Numbered from the stretch's first letter, positions 48,711 to 58,820 are shown. The stretch: 64,000 nt of DNA from Trueperaceae bacterium (GCA_965213925.1 OZ243927.1:1632001-1696000), one strand, 5' to 3'. Notes: generated by a model not told the origin, from the letters alone. Numbers and translations: made by a program.

Positions 48711-49598
48711 CTAAAGCTCGACTTCAAGAAGGGGTGAGGCTCGCCTATGAATCTCCTTGAGGTCTTCTGTACCCATTGCGGCGTAGCGGTCCGACATGGT
48801 AAGCGTCTTATGCCCCAAGATGCGCTTCAAAGTAAACACATCCCCGCCATTCTTGATGAACTGGACGGAGAACCCCCGCCGGAAGGCGTGCGGCCCCTTG
48901 GGAGCGATCTCAGCCCCTTCACAGAGGTCGTGGAGCATTTTGCGCAGCCCGTAGCGGGTGAGAGGCGTGTCCTCGTCCGAGAGGTAGATATAAGGCAGCG
49001 ACGTAGCGGGCCGCTCCGATTGAATGTAGCGCTTCAGCACCCTGAGCGCTATTCTGGAGATGGGCACGACGCGGTCTTTGCCACCCTTGCCTTTATTGAC
49101 CCACAGCCTGCCGTTCGGCTCCAGGTGGCTGAGCTGGAGAGCCAGCAGTTCGGAAGCGCGGAGCCCCGTGTCGTAGAGAGTGGTCACGATGGACTGGTTG
49201 CGCAGGGGTTTGCGCGTCGCTTTGGCGGCCTGCATCAGCAGCTTATACTCGTGCTGCTCGATGACATCCTGACGCTCCTCGGGAACTTTGGGTAATTTGA
49301 TTTTGAGAAACGGATTCTTGGCGATGACCTCTTCGCGGAGAAGCCAGTTAAAAAAGACCCTGAGCGCTCTGAGCCGGGCATGAACACCCCCGCTGGACAA
49401 CTCCTGCTGCTGGGTCATGTGAGCGATATAGTCGCGTATAAGCGTGCTGGTTACGTCACCTGCCAGGAAAACACCCTGCTCGCCCGCGTACTCGACGAAC
49501 TTCTCCAGAGCCGTCCGGTAGTAGCTGAGCGTGTTCCGTGAGAGCTGGCGTATTTCGCAGTCGCTGATAAATTCCCGTGCCGTCTCGCCGAGTTCCAT
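48711..49598 (-). CDS. Tyrosine recombinase/integrase
   Basis: YDTGLRASEL, GKGGKDR, HAFRR, LGH, RYA; AGGAGG RBS; 120 nt from the att junction. Confidence 0.95.
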   Translation of the reverse strand: MELGETAREFISDCEIRQLSRNTLSYYRTALEKFVEYAGEQGVFLAGDVTSTLIRDYIAHMTQQQELSSGGVHARLRALRVFFNWLLREEVIAKNPFLKIKLPKVPEERQDVIEQHEYKLLMQAAKATRKPLRNQSIVTTLYDTGLRASELLALQLSHLEPNGRLWVNKGKGGKDRVVPISRIALRVLKRYIQSERPATSLPYIYLSDEDTPLTRYGLRKMLHDLCEGAEIAPKGPHAFRRGFSVQFIKNGGDVFTLKRILGHKTLTMSDRYAAMGTEDLKEIHRRASPLLEVEL

Positions 49599-49717
49599 GT
49601 CGCCTCCTGCTGGAGGAGGTCACACGACTCGCCGAAAGCGTGCACATGATTCGCCTAATTTTGAGTGGTTTTTGAAGTTCAAAAAATGCGAGTTTTTGCG
49701 TCCTACACGGGATTTAA

Positions 49718-49996
49718 ACTTGAACTCTCGACCTCACGATTATGAGTCGTGCGCTCTAACCAGCTGAGCTACATCGCCGTGCACCACGCGCTTTATCCGT
49801 TTCGTGTAACCACTTGCCCTCACGACTAGCGGGCTCACGATTGTCGAGTATAGCCCATAACGCCAGCAGTAGACAAGTGGTTTTGCATCATCCACCGCTC
49901 AGCAGGTCAGCGCCCTTGGTTTGTTTGGTTTGTATTTCCAACTGACCCGTTCAAGCCTCACCACCGGGGCACTTGCTCGGCTCCCTGGCGGTCGCT
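49718..49996. repeat. att-type direct repeat: 5' 61 nt of the tRNA (3' 16 nt missing) plus its upstream region
   Basis: Matches 17372-17650 with no difference that I could see; identity starts at the T-loop (ACTTGAA). Confidence 0.93.
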
Positions 49997-51165
49997 CTGC
50001 ACTGTCCCGGAGTAGGCCCAGGAGGAACCATTTTCTCGGTGTCTACTCCCAGACAGCCTACGCTACTCACCCCTTCGCCTGCGCCAATCTCCGCGCATTC
50101 AAGGACGTCTACTACTCGGAACAAGTACCTCAAAGCCTATGTGTCTCGCACCATGCACGAGCGTCACGCCGAAGCCGCACGTCAGAACAAGACAGCGCCT
50201 TGCTCCAGGACTAGTTGGCGATTATCTAACCCTTATCAGCCCTGCGTAGCGCACCCAGATAGGTCTACCGGACAGCCTCGACGCAGGACGTCGAAAGGAT
50301 TTCGTGAATGACGCGCAAGCGGCTGCAACGCCAAATTCTCGACTTGCGAGACTTGAGTAGGCTGAAAACTACCGTTGACACCCAGAAGTACCGCACCGAG
50401 AGCGACTTCGACCTCAGACACCTGATCAGCAAGCTGCTGAAGCGTAAAGGTGATAGAGCCAACTATCTTTGGCCTCGAGAGGTTAGGGGCATTTTTCAAC
50501 ACTTACCGGACCCTTTGCCCTTCTTCGCCGGAGTTCTGCTCGGCTACAAGCCTGCTTTTCATATTCGACATCGCGCACGCGCCGCCTGAGCTTTGCCTGC
50601 CCGGCGAGATGATACCCCCGCTAGGACTCAAGCCGTGAGAGATGGGCGCACGGCTTCCAAGAACCTTGAGCCCATTCGCCAAAAGAAAAGCTTGAGCAAC
50701 AAGAAGAGTAGGTAGTTTGAGTGTTACCCCCTACGACCCGAGATCACAGGTCATTAGCGATCTGGCGGGCGGATATGCGCGTCCTCATAGTCAAGCGTTT
50801 CGATCCCGTCGTCACGCAGCAGGTGGAGCCGTCCGTTGCTTCTACTAGATTGGAGGGATAGTAGCCAAGCACGGCGAACTTGGCGTCTTGGTAGCGGTAT
50901 CCAAGCCCGAGGCGGCACGTCCCGCGCGGCATAGCTCTGCACCGTCCCGGAGTTTTTCTCGGTGTCCGTAAAGTGGATGAGCTGGTAGTAGTGCATGACG
51001 TTTTTCTTATACGCGAAGTTCTGACATGCGAAGTCGATTTTAGGCGCAGGGACAGGCGGCTTGACGTCCTGCTTGACCTCAGGGTGCTCGAAGAGCCCAG
51101 CCTGTCTAAAGACGCTGCTAACCTGCTTACGCATAGCTTGGCGCGTGATGCGCGGTCTCGCTTCT
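49997..51165. pseudogene. Broken copies of the RHH, TM-protein and DUF3037 genes
   Basis: Aligns to about 17810-19190 with many deletions; DUF3037 fragment at about 50740-51165 on the minus strand. Confidence 0.75.
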
Positions 51166-51524
51166 CTTAGAAATACCCCCTACCCTCACAGCTTGTGGAG
51201 CAGTCAAGGCTCGCCTCCTTGTACTCACGCCTGCTGGCTGCATAACGCTCCTGAAATCCACTTCGTTCCCCTACAAACGTTGCCCCGCAACCTCCTTGTG
51301 CGCAGGAGTGTTGAACCGCCCCCCCTCTTCTAAGGACCGAGTAGCGAACCGTTTTAGAAAGCGAGTTCGTCTAGCCCAATTAGAACAGCCCCCCCGGTCG
51401 CACCCTTGCCTCTATTTCTACAACGAGGCGTGAAGTATTTCATTCTCGCAGTCACTATTACAAGATTTACCCCATGTCCCTGTCTCGTTTAGGTAGAGTT
51501 TGAACAGGGAAGGAGTGCGTTTAC

Positions 51525-54500
51525 TTGCCGTCGTCACACACCACAGAAGCAGAACAAAATGAAGAGATAGACCAAAAGCTCGCTCAATCAGGAGCGGGCG
51601 CACTGACGCGCCTCTCGAGCCAGATACTCGACGCTACGAATGCCGTCTTGACAGTTACCGACCCGACGCGCCCTGACAACCCGCTCATCTACGTCAACGA
51701 GGGCTTCGAGCAGCTAACGGGCTACCGCCGCGAGGAGGTTCTTGGTCGCAACTGCCGCTTTTTGCAGGGTGCGGACCGCGACCAACCCGGCGCTCAAAAG
51801 CTCCGTGAGGCTGTCCAAAAGGGCGAGCATGTCCGGGTCGAGCTGCGTAACTACAAGAAGTCAGGAGAGATGTTCTGGAATGAGCTTTACCTCTCACCCG
51901 TCTACGACGGCGAGGGCAGGCTCGCGCTCTATGTGGGCGTCCAGAACGACATCACCGAGCGTAAGACAGCGTTTCAAGCTAGCGAGGAGCAGTTGCACGC
52001 GGCTTTAGACGCTGCCCAAATGGGCACTTGGGACTATGACTTAAAGCATGACATGGTCCATTGGGATGGGCGCTGCCGCGAGCTTTTCAACCTATCCGAG
52101 CGGGAAACCACGACGTTGGAAGAGCCCCTCGCAAAGATTCACCCTGATGATAGACCCTATGTTGACGTGCAAATTACAGCGGCGCACGACCCTGATAGCG
52201 ATGGGCATTACAGCGCCGAATACCGCGTTATGACGCCTACGGGCAGCCGCTGGATTCGGGCGTCGGGACAAGTCCACTTTGAAGGAAGCGGGGACGCTCG
52301 GCAGGCGGTTCGCTCGGTGGGTGTGGTTATGGACATCACCGAGCGCAAGCAGCAAGAAAACGCACTGCGCGAGATGAGCGAGCAGGTGCGGCTGCTCGTC
52401 GAAGGGGCTCGAGACTACGCCATTATCATGCTAGACCTAGAGAGGCGCGTCACCAAGTGGAACCCCGGAGCCGAGCGCATCACGGGCTACTCCGAAAGGG
52501 AGGTGTTGGGCCGCCGCGTGGATGCGATCTACACACCCGAAGACCGCGAACACGGCGTGCCCGCGCAGGAGGTGCGCCGGGCCAGCGAGCGCGGCGAGGC
52601 TAAGGATGTACGCTGGCATCTGCGCAAAGACGGCACACGCTTCTTCGCAAACGGCACGGTGACGGCCTTGCGCGACGACGAGGGCGAACTGCACGGCTTC
52701 GCCAAAGTCATCCAGGACGCCACGGAGCAAAAGCGAGCGGAGGTGGCGCTGCGCAAGAGCGAAGAGCAGCGGCGCGTCGCCTTAGAGTCTGCCGCGATGG
52801 GCACGTGGGATATCGACATCATAAACGACAGGCTCTACATGGATACGCGCTGCCGCGAGCTGTTCAACGTCCCCGCAGAGGGCGTGGTCAAACTCGAGCA
52901 ACCGCTCGCTCACGTTCACCCGGAAGAGCGGGACTACGTCACCCAGAAGATTGCGGCGGCCACGCAACCAGATGCGAGCGGACGTTACGACCTCGAGTAC
53001 CGCGTCCTCAAACTAGAGGGCGGCGTTCGCTGGGTGAGGGCCACCGGTCAGACGCTTTTTGAGGGCGAAGGCGAAGCGCGCCGCGCGGCGCGCTTCACTG
53101 GCGTGGTGACGGAGACGACCCAACGCAAAGAAACCGAAGCAGCCCTGCGTCAGTCCGAAGCGGAATACCGCACGCTGTTCGAGACTATGACCCAAGCCAT
53201 CGTCTACCAAAATGCCGAGGGCGTGATTATTTCCGCGAACCCCGCCGCCAGAAGGATTTTGGGCTTGTCCGTAGACGAGCTGACGGGGCGCGTTTCGGTG
53301 GACCCCCGCTGGCAAGCCCTGCGCGAGGACGGCTCACCTTATCCGGGCGAAGAGCACCCGCCGATGCAGGCGTTACGCACCGGCGAGGTCGTTGAAGACG
53401 TCGTGATGGCGGTCTACAACTCCGAAGACGACGCCTACCGCTGGCTCTCGGTGGACTCGGTGCCACAGTTTAAGCCGGGTGAAGACAAACCCTATCAGGT
53501 CTACTCGCTCTTCGACGACATCACCGCCCGTAAAGAGGCTGAAGCCGAGCGCGACCAGACCCAGAGGGAGTTAGAGCGTGCCAATGCTCAGCTCTACCAC
53601 GACGCCTTCCACGATACATTGACGGGGCTTCCTAATCGGCAGCTTTTGATCGAGCGCTTGGAGCGGGTGCTGATGCGGCAGCAGCGCTACGAGGACCACA
53701 CCGCCGCCCTCTTATTCATGGACTTCGACCGCTTCAAGCTGGTCAACGACTCGCTAGGTCACGCGGTCGGCGACGCCATGCTCAAAGCCATCGCCGAGCG
53801 CCTCGAAGCGTGCATCCGTCCCTCGGACTCAGTGGCGCGGCTCGGTGGCGACGAGTTTGTCGTCCTCTTGGAGTGTGTCACTCGTACAGTTGAAGTCACG
53901 CGGGTCGCCCGGCGCATCAAAGAGGCGTTCGCCTATCCGCTCAAGGTCGAGGGGCACGAGCTTCACACCTCGGCGAGCATCGGCATCGTCGCCTCGACCA
54001 CGTCCTACAAGGGTGCAGGCGAGGTCTTGCGCGACGCCGACATCGCTATGTACCGCGCCAAGGCGCAGGGGCGAGGCAGCTACCAGCTCTTCAGCGCTGT
54101 GATGCGCAGTCAGGCGGTGACGGCCCTCCAGATAGAGCAGGAGTTGCGCGAGGCGCTCAAGCGGGATGAACTGCGCGTCGCCTATCAACCCATCATGTCC
54201 GCTTCGGAGGCGCTCGTAGGCTTTGAAGCGCTCGTACGCTGGCAACACCCTGAGCGGGGTCTCCTCCAGCCGGGTCAATTTCTACCTTTCGCCGAGGAAG
54301 CCGGGTTGCTCCGCGAGCTTGACTTCTGGGTCTGGCGCGAAGCCTGTACCCAAGTCGGGCAGTGGCAGCGAGATACGCTCCAGCCCCTCACTCTTTCGCT
54401 CAACCTCTCGAGCCAGCAGTTCCTCCACGCCGACCTCGTAGACGACCTAAAAGCGCTTTTACAAGAGACCGGCTTTGACCCCGCGAACCTCGTGCTGGAG

Positions 54501-54893
54501 ATCACCGAAGGGGTGCTCATCGACTCGTCCGAGTTCGTCAAGGCGACCCTAGCGGAGCTTAAAGCGCTGGGACTCAGGCTCTACCTGGACGACTTCGGCA
54601 CGGGTTACTCGTCTCTGGCTTACTTGCAGCGCTTTCCGGTAGACGCCCTAAAGATCGACCGCTCCTTTGTAATGGAGATGCTCGACGACGAGGGCAGCGC
54701 CGAACTGGTGCGCACTATCTTAGCGATGGCCCAAAACTTGGGCTTGGTAGCCGTAGCTGAAGGGGTCGAGCACAGAGCGCAGTTGGCGAGGCTTAAAGAG
54801 CTAGGCTGCGCCTATACTCAGGGTTTTCTCTTCGCGAAGCCGCTGAACCAGACCGAAGTCGTCTCGTTCTTGGCTCAGACCAGCTTGAGTTGA
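51525..54893 (+). CDS. LOV-PAS(x4)-GGDEF-EAL signalling protein (putative blue-light-regulated c-di-GMP enzyme)
   Basis: DNPLIYVN...GRNCRFLQG; GGDEF; FEALVRW; DDFGTGYSSL. Confidence 0.93.
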   Translation: MPSSHTTEAEQNEEIDQKLAQSGAGALTRLSSQILDATNAVLTVTDPTRPDNPLIYVNEGFEQLTGYRREEVLGRNCRFLQGADRDQPGAQKLREAVQKGEHVRVELRNYKKSGEMFWNELYLSPVYDGEGRLALYVGVQNDITERKTAFQASEEQLHAALDAAQMGTWDYDLKHDMVHWDGRCRELFNLSERETTTLEEPLAKIHPDDRPYVDVQITAAHDPDSDGHYSAEYRVMTPTGSRWIRASGQVHFEGSGDARQAVRSVGVVMDITERKQQENALREMSEQVRLLVEGARDYAIIMLDLERRVTKWNPGAERITGYSEREVLGRRVDAIYTPEDREHGVPAQEVRRASERGEAKDVRWHLRKDGTRFFANGTVTALRDDEGELHGFAKVIQDATEQKRAEVALRKSEEQRRVALESAAMGTWDIDIINDRLYMDTRCRELFNVPAEGVVKLEQPLAHVHPEERDYVTQKIAAATQPDASGRYDLEYRVLKLEGGVRWVRATGQTLFEGEGEARRAARFTGVVTETTQRKETEAALRQSEAEYRTLFETMTQAIVYQNAEGVIISANPAARRILGLSVDELTGRVSVDPRWQALREDGSPYPGEEHPPMQALRTGEVVEDVVMAVYNSEDDAYRWLSVDSVPQFKPGEDKPYQVYSLFDDITARKEAEAERDQTQRELERANAQLYHDAFHDTLTGLPNRQLLIERLERVLMRQQRYEDHTAALLFMDFDRFKLVNDSLGHAVGDAMLKAIAERLEACIRPSDSVARLGGDEFVVLLECVTRTVEVTRVARRIKEAFAYPLKVEGHELHTSASIGIVASTTSYKGAGEVLRDADIAMYRAKAQGRGSYQLFSAVMRSQAVTALQIEQELREALKRDELRVAYQPIMSASEALVGFEALVRWQHPERGLLQPGQFLPFAEEAGLLRELDFWVWREACTQVGQWQRDTLQPLTLSLNLSSQQFLHADLVDDLKALLQETGFDPANLVLEITEGVLIDSSEFVKATLAELKALGLRLYLDDFGTGYSSLAYLQRFPVDALKIDRSFVMEMLDDEGSAELVRTILAMAQNLGLVAVAEGVEHRAQLARLKELGCAYTQGFLFAKPLNQTEVVSFLAQTSLS

Positions 54894-54910
54894 GCCAAGA
54901 AGAAGCGGGG

Positions 54911-55187
54911 TTAGTTTGCCTTGCTCTCTTGACGTAGGACCTCGGCTAGCTGCTGCAACACATCCGCCGAACGCGCCAAGCTTGGCGCGGTGCGCACGGC
55001 GTTCTGGCGCTCACTTGAGCTCGGGTCGTAGAGTTCTTCAATTTCACGTACCACATAAGCCGCGAGCGCCTCGGTGAGGCTCAGGGTCTCGAGGTTTTTA
55101 GAGAACTCTGCGTGCTGAAGCGCTAAGAAATCGTCTGGGTAAGCCTTATTCAAGGTCTCAATTAGTTCGTTTAGGTTTTTCGGCATA
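54911..55187 (-). CDS. Hypothetical protein
   Basis: Helical ORF with likely start MPKNLNEL after GAAAGG. Confidence 0.5.
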
Positions 55188-55607
55188 ACGGTTACCTTTC
55201 CCGAACTCAACATGAGAGAAGTGCTGAGCGTCACCCCATTAAGGAGCTACGGGGACGCTTAACGCATAGGCGCGTATTATAGCTCGAAGCTCGTCATGAC
55301 CCAGACGGCTCATCTCACACCTGGACTACACAAGGGTTTCAGCGATCTGCCAGTTGCTAGGTCGCGCCCGGTCCATCTGCCCGCTCTGCCCTCACAGGAG
55401 AGGGCTTCCACTACCTCCACACGATTACTTGTGGAGGTTTTTATGTTCATCAATCCGTTCCGCCCCGTCCGCTTCCTCTCTTGGTCGCACCACGTACCCA
55501 ACTGGCTCGGTCACAGTAGCTCGTCTTCTCTCACTTACGAGGGCAAATTCAACACGCCCGCCGCGCCTTGTAGCTTACACTCGACCTGGAACATCACCGA
55601 GGCTACG

Positions 55608-56039
55608 ATGCACCAGGAATCTCGCCGCCTAGAGACGACCCTCCAGAGCTACCACAACCGCCTGATCGACGCGGCGGCGGTGATTCAAACGATGATCGCG
55701 ATTAAAGAGGACCTCGCGGCGAGCGAACGGCGGGCGGAAAGCCTTGGGCTCAGCGAAGACGAGCTAGCCTTCTACGACGCCGTGCACAGCACCTACCCGG
55801 ACCTCTACGACGACGCCTTCTTGCGCGACCTCATTCACGAGGTCGTGGCGTCCGTGCGCCGCAACCTCAAGGTGGACTGGACCGAGCCCCACCGCGAGGA
55901 CATCAAGGCGGCGGTACGCTCAGCGGTCAAGCGGATGCTGAGACACCGTAAGGTCAAGCGGGAGGACCTGGACACGCTCGTGGTGCTGATCATGGATCAA
56001 GCGGAGGCGCTGTATAAGGACTGGCCGCAAGCGGCATAG
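55608..56039 (+). pseudogene. hsdR: Chimera: first codons of a GGDEF gene (MHQESRR) fused to the HsdR C-terminal (DUF3387-like) domain
   Basis: YHNRLIDAA...LGLSEDELAFYDA...NLKVDWTEPHREDIKAAVRSAVKR; upstream DNA matches 22400-22483. Confidence 0.78.
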
Positions 56040-56091
56040 CCGGCGAAGTGAACGACTCACCTCTGACTGGCTTTCTCAACGTAAGTTCCGC

Positions 56092-56496
56092 TCACTCCGC
56101 TTCTAACACCGCACGTATAGCCTCTAAGACCTCATCGGGGTCATCCTTGGTGACATAACCTTTAGCCCCTGCACCGATAGCCGCTTGCTGGTAGAGCGGG
56201 TCAACGTGCCCGGTGACGACCAGGCAGCGCAGCGCGGGCTGCTCAAGCTGCAAGCGCTTGATGAGCTGCAAACCGCTCATGCCGGGCAGCGAGAGGTCCA
56301 CCAGGACGAGGTCGGGCGCGAGTTCGGGAAGCTGGATAAGCGCGTCCTCTGCCGTTTCCGCCTCACCGACGAGCATTAGGTCGGGCTCCTCTTCGACTAA
56401 CCGCCGTAACGCCCGCCGCATGACCGGATGGTCTTCGACGAGAAAGAGGCTGTGTGTTTGAGCTATGATGCGTTGACCTTCTACGGTATGGATCAA
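56092..56496 (-). CDS. NarL-type receiver-only response regulator
   Basis: VEDHPVMR, VDLSLPGMSG, GAKGYVTK; no HTH. Confidence 0.88.
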   Translation of the reverse strand: MIHTVEGQRIIAQTHSLFLVEDHPVMRRALRRLVEEEPDLMLVGEAETAEDALIQLPELAPDLVLVDLSLPGMSGLQLIKRLQLEQPALRCLVVTGHVDPLYQQAAIGAGAKGYVTKDDPDEVLEAIRAVLEAE

Positions 56497-56513
56497 TTAC
56501 CCGCCCCTATCCT

Positions 56514-58820
56514 TCAGTTCAGCATAAGGGCGCTCGTAGGCATGAGAATAGTGACCTGTGTACCCTGCCCTCTCATAGAGGCGACGTCCAAGCGGCCCCC
56601 GAAGAGTTGCAAGCGCTTACGTACCCCCGACAAGCCTAAACCAGTGCCGAATCCCTCACGGTCTAACGCTGCGGGGTTGAAACCGCAGCCCAGGTCGCTG
56701 ACGCAGATCGAGAGTCCGTCCCCCTGTTCGGATAACGTGACGGTGGCCGCCTCTACCTCGGCGTGTTTGACCACGTTGAAGAGCAGCTCGCGCACCAGGT
56801 TGAAGAGCAAGACCCGCACCGCCTCATCAGGAACCGTAAGCGCGTCGGCGGTGTCTACCGTGACGGAGAGGCGGTGACGCCGCTTCATATCGCTACTGAG
56901 CCATTTCAGCGCCTCGACCAAGCCCTCTTCCTTGAGGACAGGCGGGCTCAGGTCGGTAGTTGTAATGCGGGCGAGCTGCAACGCCTCTTTGACCAAAGCG
57001 TTGGTCTTGCTGAGCTGCGCTTGCATCTCATCGTTGTCCTTCGCCGCCCGGCGGATGTCGCGCAGGGCGAACTGCACGGCGTAGAGTTGCTGCTGCACAC
57101 CGTCGTGGAGGACTTGGGCGAGCTTAGCGCGCTCTCGCGCCTCAGCTAGGGTGAGCTGACCTGCGAGGTCTTGCACCTGTTTCGTGCGCGCCTCAACCCG
57201 CGCCTCCAGCTCGCGGTTGAGATCGGCTAGGGCGTTTTCAGCCTGCTTGCGCTCGGTGATATCCTTGAACAGGATGCCGACCCTCCGGCTCTTTACGTCG
57301 CCGACCCGGAAGGCGTAGACCTCGAACCAGCGGCCCATCTCCCGTGAGCCGTTCTCGAAGCGGGTCGGCTCGCCTGTCAGAGCGACCTCGCCGTAGAGAT
57401 CGAACCAGTGCTGCTCCAGGTTCGGGACGAGGTCTCGCGCCGTTTTACCGACTGCGTTTTTGAGCCCCGTCTGATCTTCAAATCTAGGATTCGTTTCTAA
57501 AAAGCGGTAGTTTAGCGGCTTATCGTCGGCGTCAAACAACACCTCGATCACGCAAAATCCCTCGTCGGTGGCGTTGAAGAGCGTGCGGTAGCGTACTTCA
57601 CTCTTCTCTTGGGCGTCTTCCGCTCGCCGCTGCTCGGTGATGTCCAGAGCCGCTGTCACAAAGTACTGCCCGCCCCCGAGCGGCAGCGGCTCCGAGCCAT
57701 AGACGCGCCAGGTTCGCGTCTCGCCTGAGGCCGTATAAATGGTCAGCTCATTAGGTGGCGGGGTATCTCGCTGCTCCAATTGGGCGTGCCAGCTCGCTAT
57801 GTCTTCTTCTGGCACGTGCAACCCCCTGCGGAGCCAACTCGCGCTGTCGGGCAGGTCCTCCTTGCGGTAGCCCGTCAGCTCGGTGAAGGCGCGGCTGAGC
57901 TGGAGAATCTCCCCCGTGGCGGTGTGGACGATCATCGGGATGGGCGCGTGCTGCACAGTGGCGCGAAAGAGGGTTTCGCTCTCGCGCAGCGTGACCTCGT
58001 CTCGGCGGCGCTCGGTCACGTCCACGCCCGAAGGGATGAGATAGGTGACCTCTTTCGCTTCGTTGAAGATAGGCACGAGCATAAAATCCACAGTCATAAA
58101 GCGGTCCTCGCTGGCGTGAGTGCCGACACGAGGACCTAAGTGGATTACAGTGTCGAAGCGCGACGCTTCGCCCTCACGGGCGCGCGCAACGGCATCACGT
58201 ATCTCAGCTTTAGCCTCATCCGAGTAGGTCCAATAGGGCAGGTCGTAGAGGGGTTTGTCGATGACGTCTGCGAACGTGAGGGAGGTGGCCTTGACTACGG
58301 GACGGTTGACCTCTAAAAGCACACCGTCCGGGGTGGTGAGACCGACGAAGGTGGGCATATGGTCGATCAAGTCGCGCAGGTACTGTTTGCTCGTTTCCAG
58401 CGTCAGCATCGCCGACCGCTCGTCGGTGGCGTCGCGCAGCACCTTAGCGTAGCCGAGCAGTTGACCGTCCTCGTCCCTCAGGGCGCTCAAGATACCGTGT
58501 GCGAAGAAGGTGCTGCCGTCGGCGCGGACGTGCCAGCGCTCATCTGCCGCGTAGCCCACCTCCCCGGCGGTCGCCATCTCCTGTTCAGGTACGCCAGCGA
58601 CCCGGTCGTCTTCGGTGAAGAGGAGGCGGAAGTCCTGACCGACGAAGGTCTCGTAGGTGTAGCCGAGCAGGGCCTCGACGCCTGGGTTACAGCTCATGAC
58701 TTTGCCGCTTAGATCGGTGGCGAAAACCGCATATTCGCTCAGGTTCGCTAGGATCAAGTCGGCGAGTTGTGCGGACCGAGTCGGAGCGCGTTTCGCACCG
58801 ACCTCTTCGGGCTGAGACAT
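56514..58820 (-). CDS. Multi-PAS sensor histidine kinase (HisKA_3/NarX type)
   Basis: Four PAS-like units; ERAKLAQVLHDGVQQ, ELLFNVVKHA, DLGCGF, GLGL; start moved to MSQPEE. Confidence 0.9.
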   Translation of the reverse strand: MSQPEEVGAKRAPTRSAQLADLILANLSEYAVFATDLSGKVMSCNPGVEALLGYTYETFVGQDFRLLFTEDDRVAGVPEQEMATAGEVGYAADERWHVRADGSTFFAHGILSALRDEDGQLLGYAKVLRDATDERSAMLTLETSKQYLRDLIDHMPTFVGLTTPDGVLLEVNRPVVKATSLTFADVIDKPLYDLPYWTYSDEAKAEIRDAVARAREGEASRFDTVIHLGPRVGTHASEDRFMTVDFMLVPIFNEAKEVTYLIPSGVDVTERRRDEVTLRESETLFRATVQHAPIPMIVHTATGEILQLSRAFTELTGYRKEDLPDSASWLRRGLHVPEEDIASWHAQLEQRDTPPPNELTIYTASGETRTWRVYGSEPLPLGGGQYFVTAALDITEQRRAEDAQEKSEVRYRTLFNATDEGFCVIEVLFDADDKPLNYRFLETNPRFEDQTGLKNAVGKTARDLVPNLEQHWFDLYGEVALTGEPTRFENGSREMGRWFEVYAFRVGDVKSRRVGILFKDITERKQAENALADLNRELEARVEARTKQVQDLAGQLTLAEARERAKLAQVLHDGVQQQLYAVQFALRDIRRAAKDNDEMQAQLSKTNALVKEALQLARITTTDLSPPVLKEEGLVEALKWLSSDMKRRHRLSVTVDTADALTVPDEAVRVLLFNLVRELLFNVVKHAEVEAATVTLSEQGDGLSICVSDLGCGFNPAALDREGFGTGLGLSGVRKRLQLFGGRLDVASMRGQGTQVTILMPTSALMLN

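Larger units (their letters stand above)
17372..49717. mobile_element. Element 1: ~32.3-kb tRNA-integrated defence-rich genomic island
   Basis: 17372-17650 is repeated at 49718-49996; tyrosine recombinase next to the right junction; accessory gene content. Confidence 0.88.
49718..56039. mobile_element. Element 2: decayed sister element in tandem; right end not seen and may extend past the window
   Basis: Colinear homologues of element 1 segments (left end, DUF3037, 21.8-kb spacer, GGDEF leader, hsdR tail). Confidence 0.7.

Noticed and set aside
17372..49717. Prophage or conjugative ICE
   Set aside because: No recognisable capsid, terminase, tail, relaxase, VirB4 or coupling-protein genes
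49718..49778. Second functional tRNA
   Set aside because: Lacks the 3' T-stem strand, acceptor strand and CCA; it is an att remnant
55296..56039. Novel 247-aa protein
   Set aside because: Explained as a deletion chimera of the GGDEF upstream region and an hsdR tail
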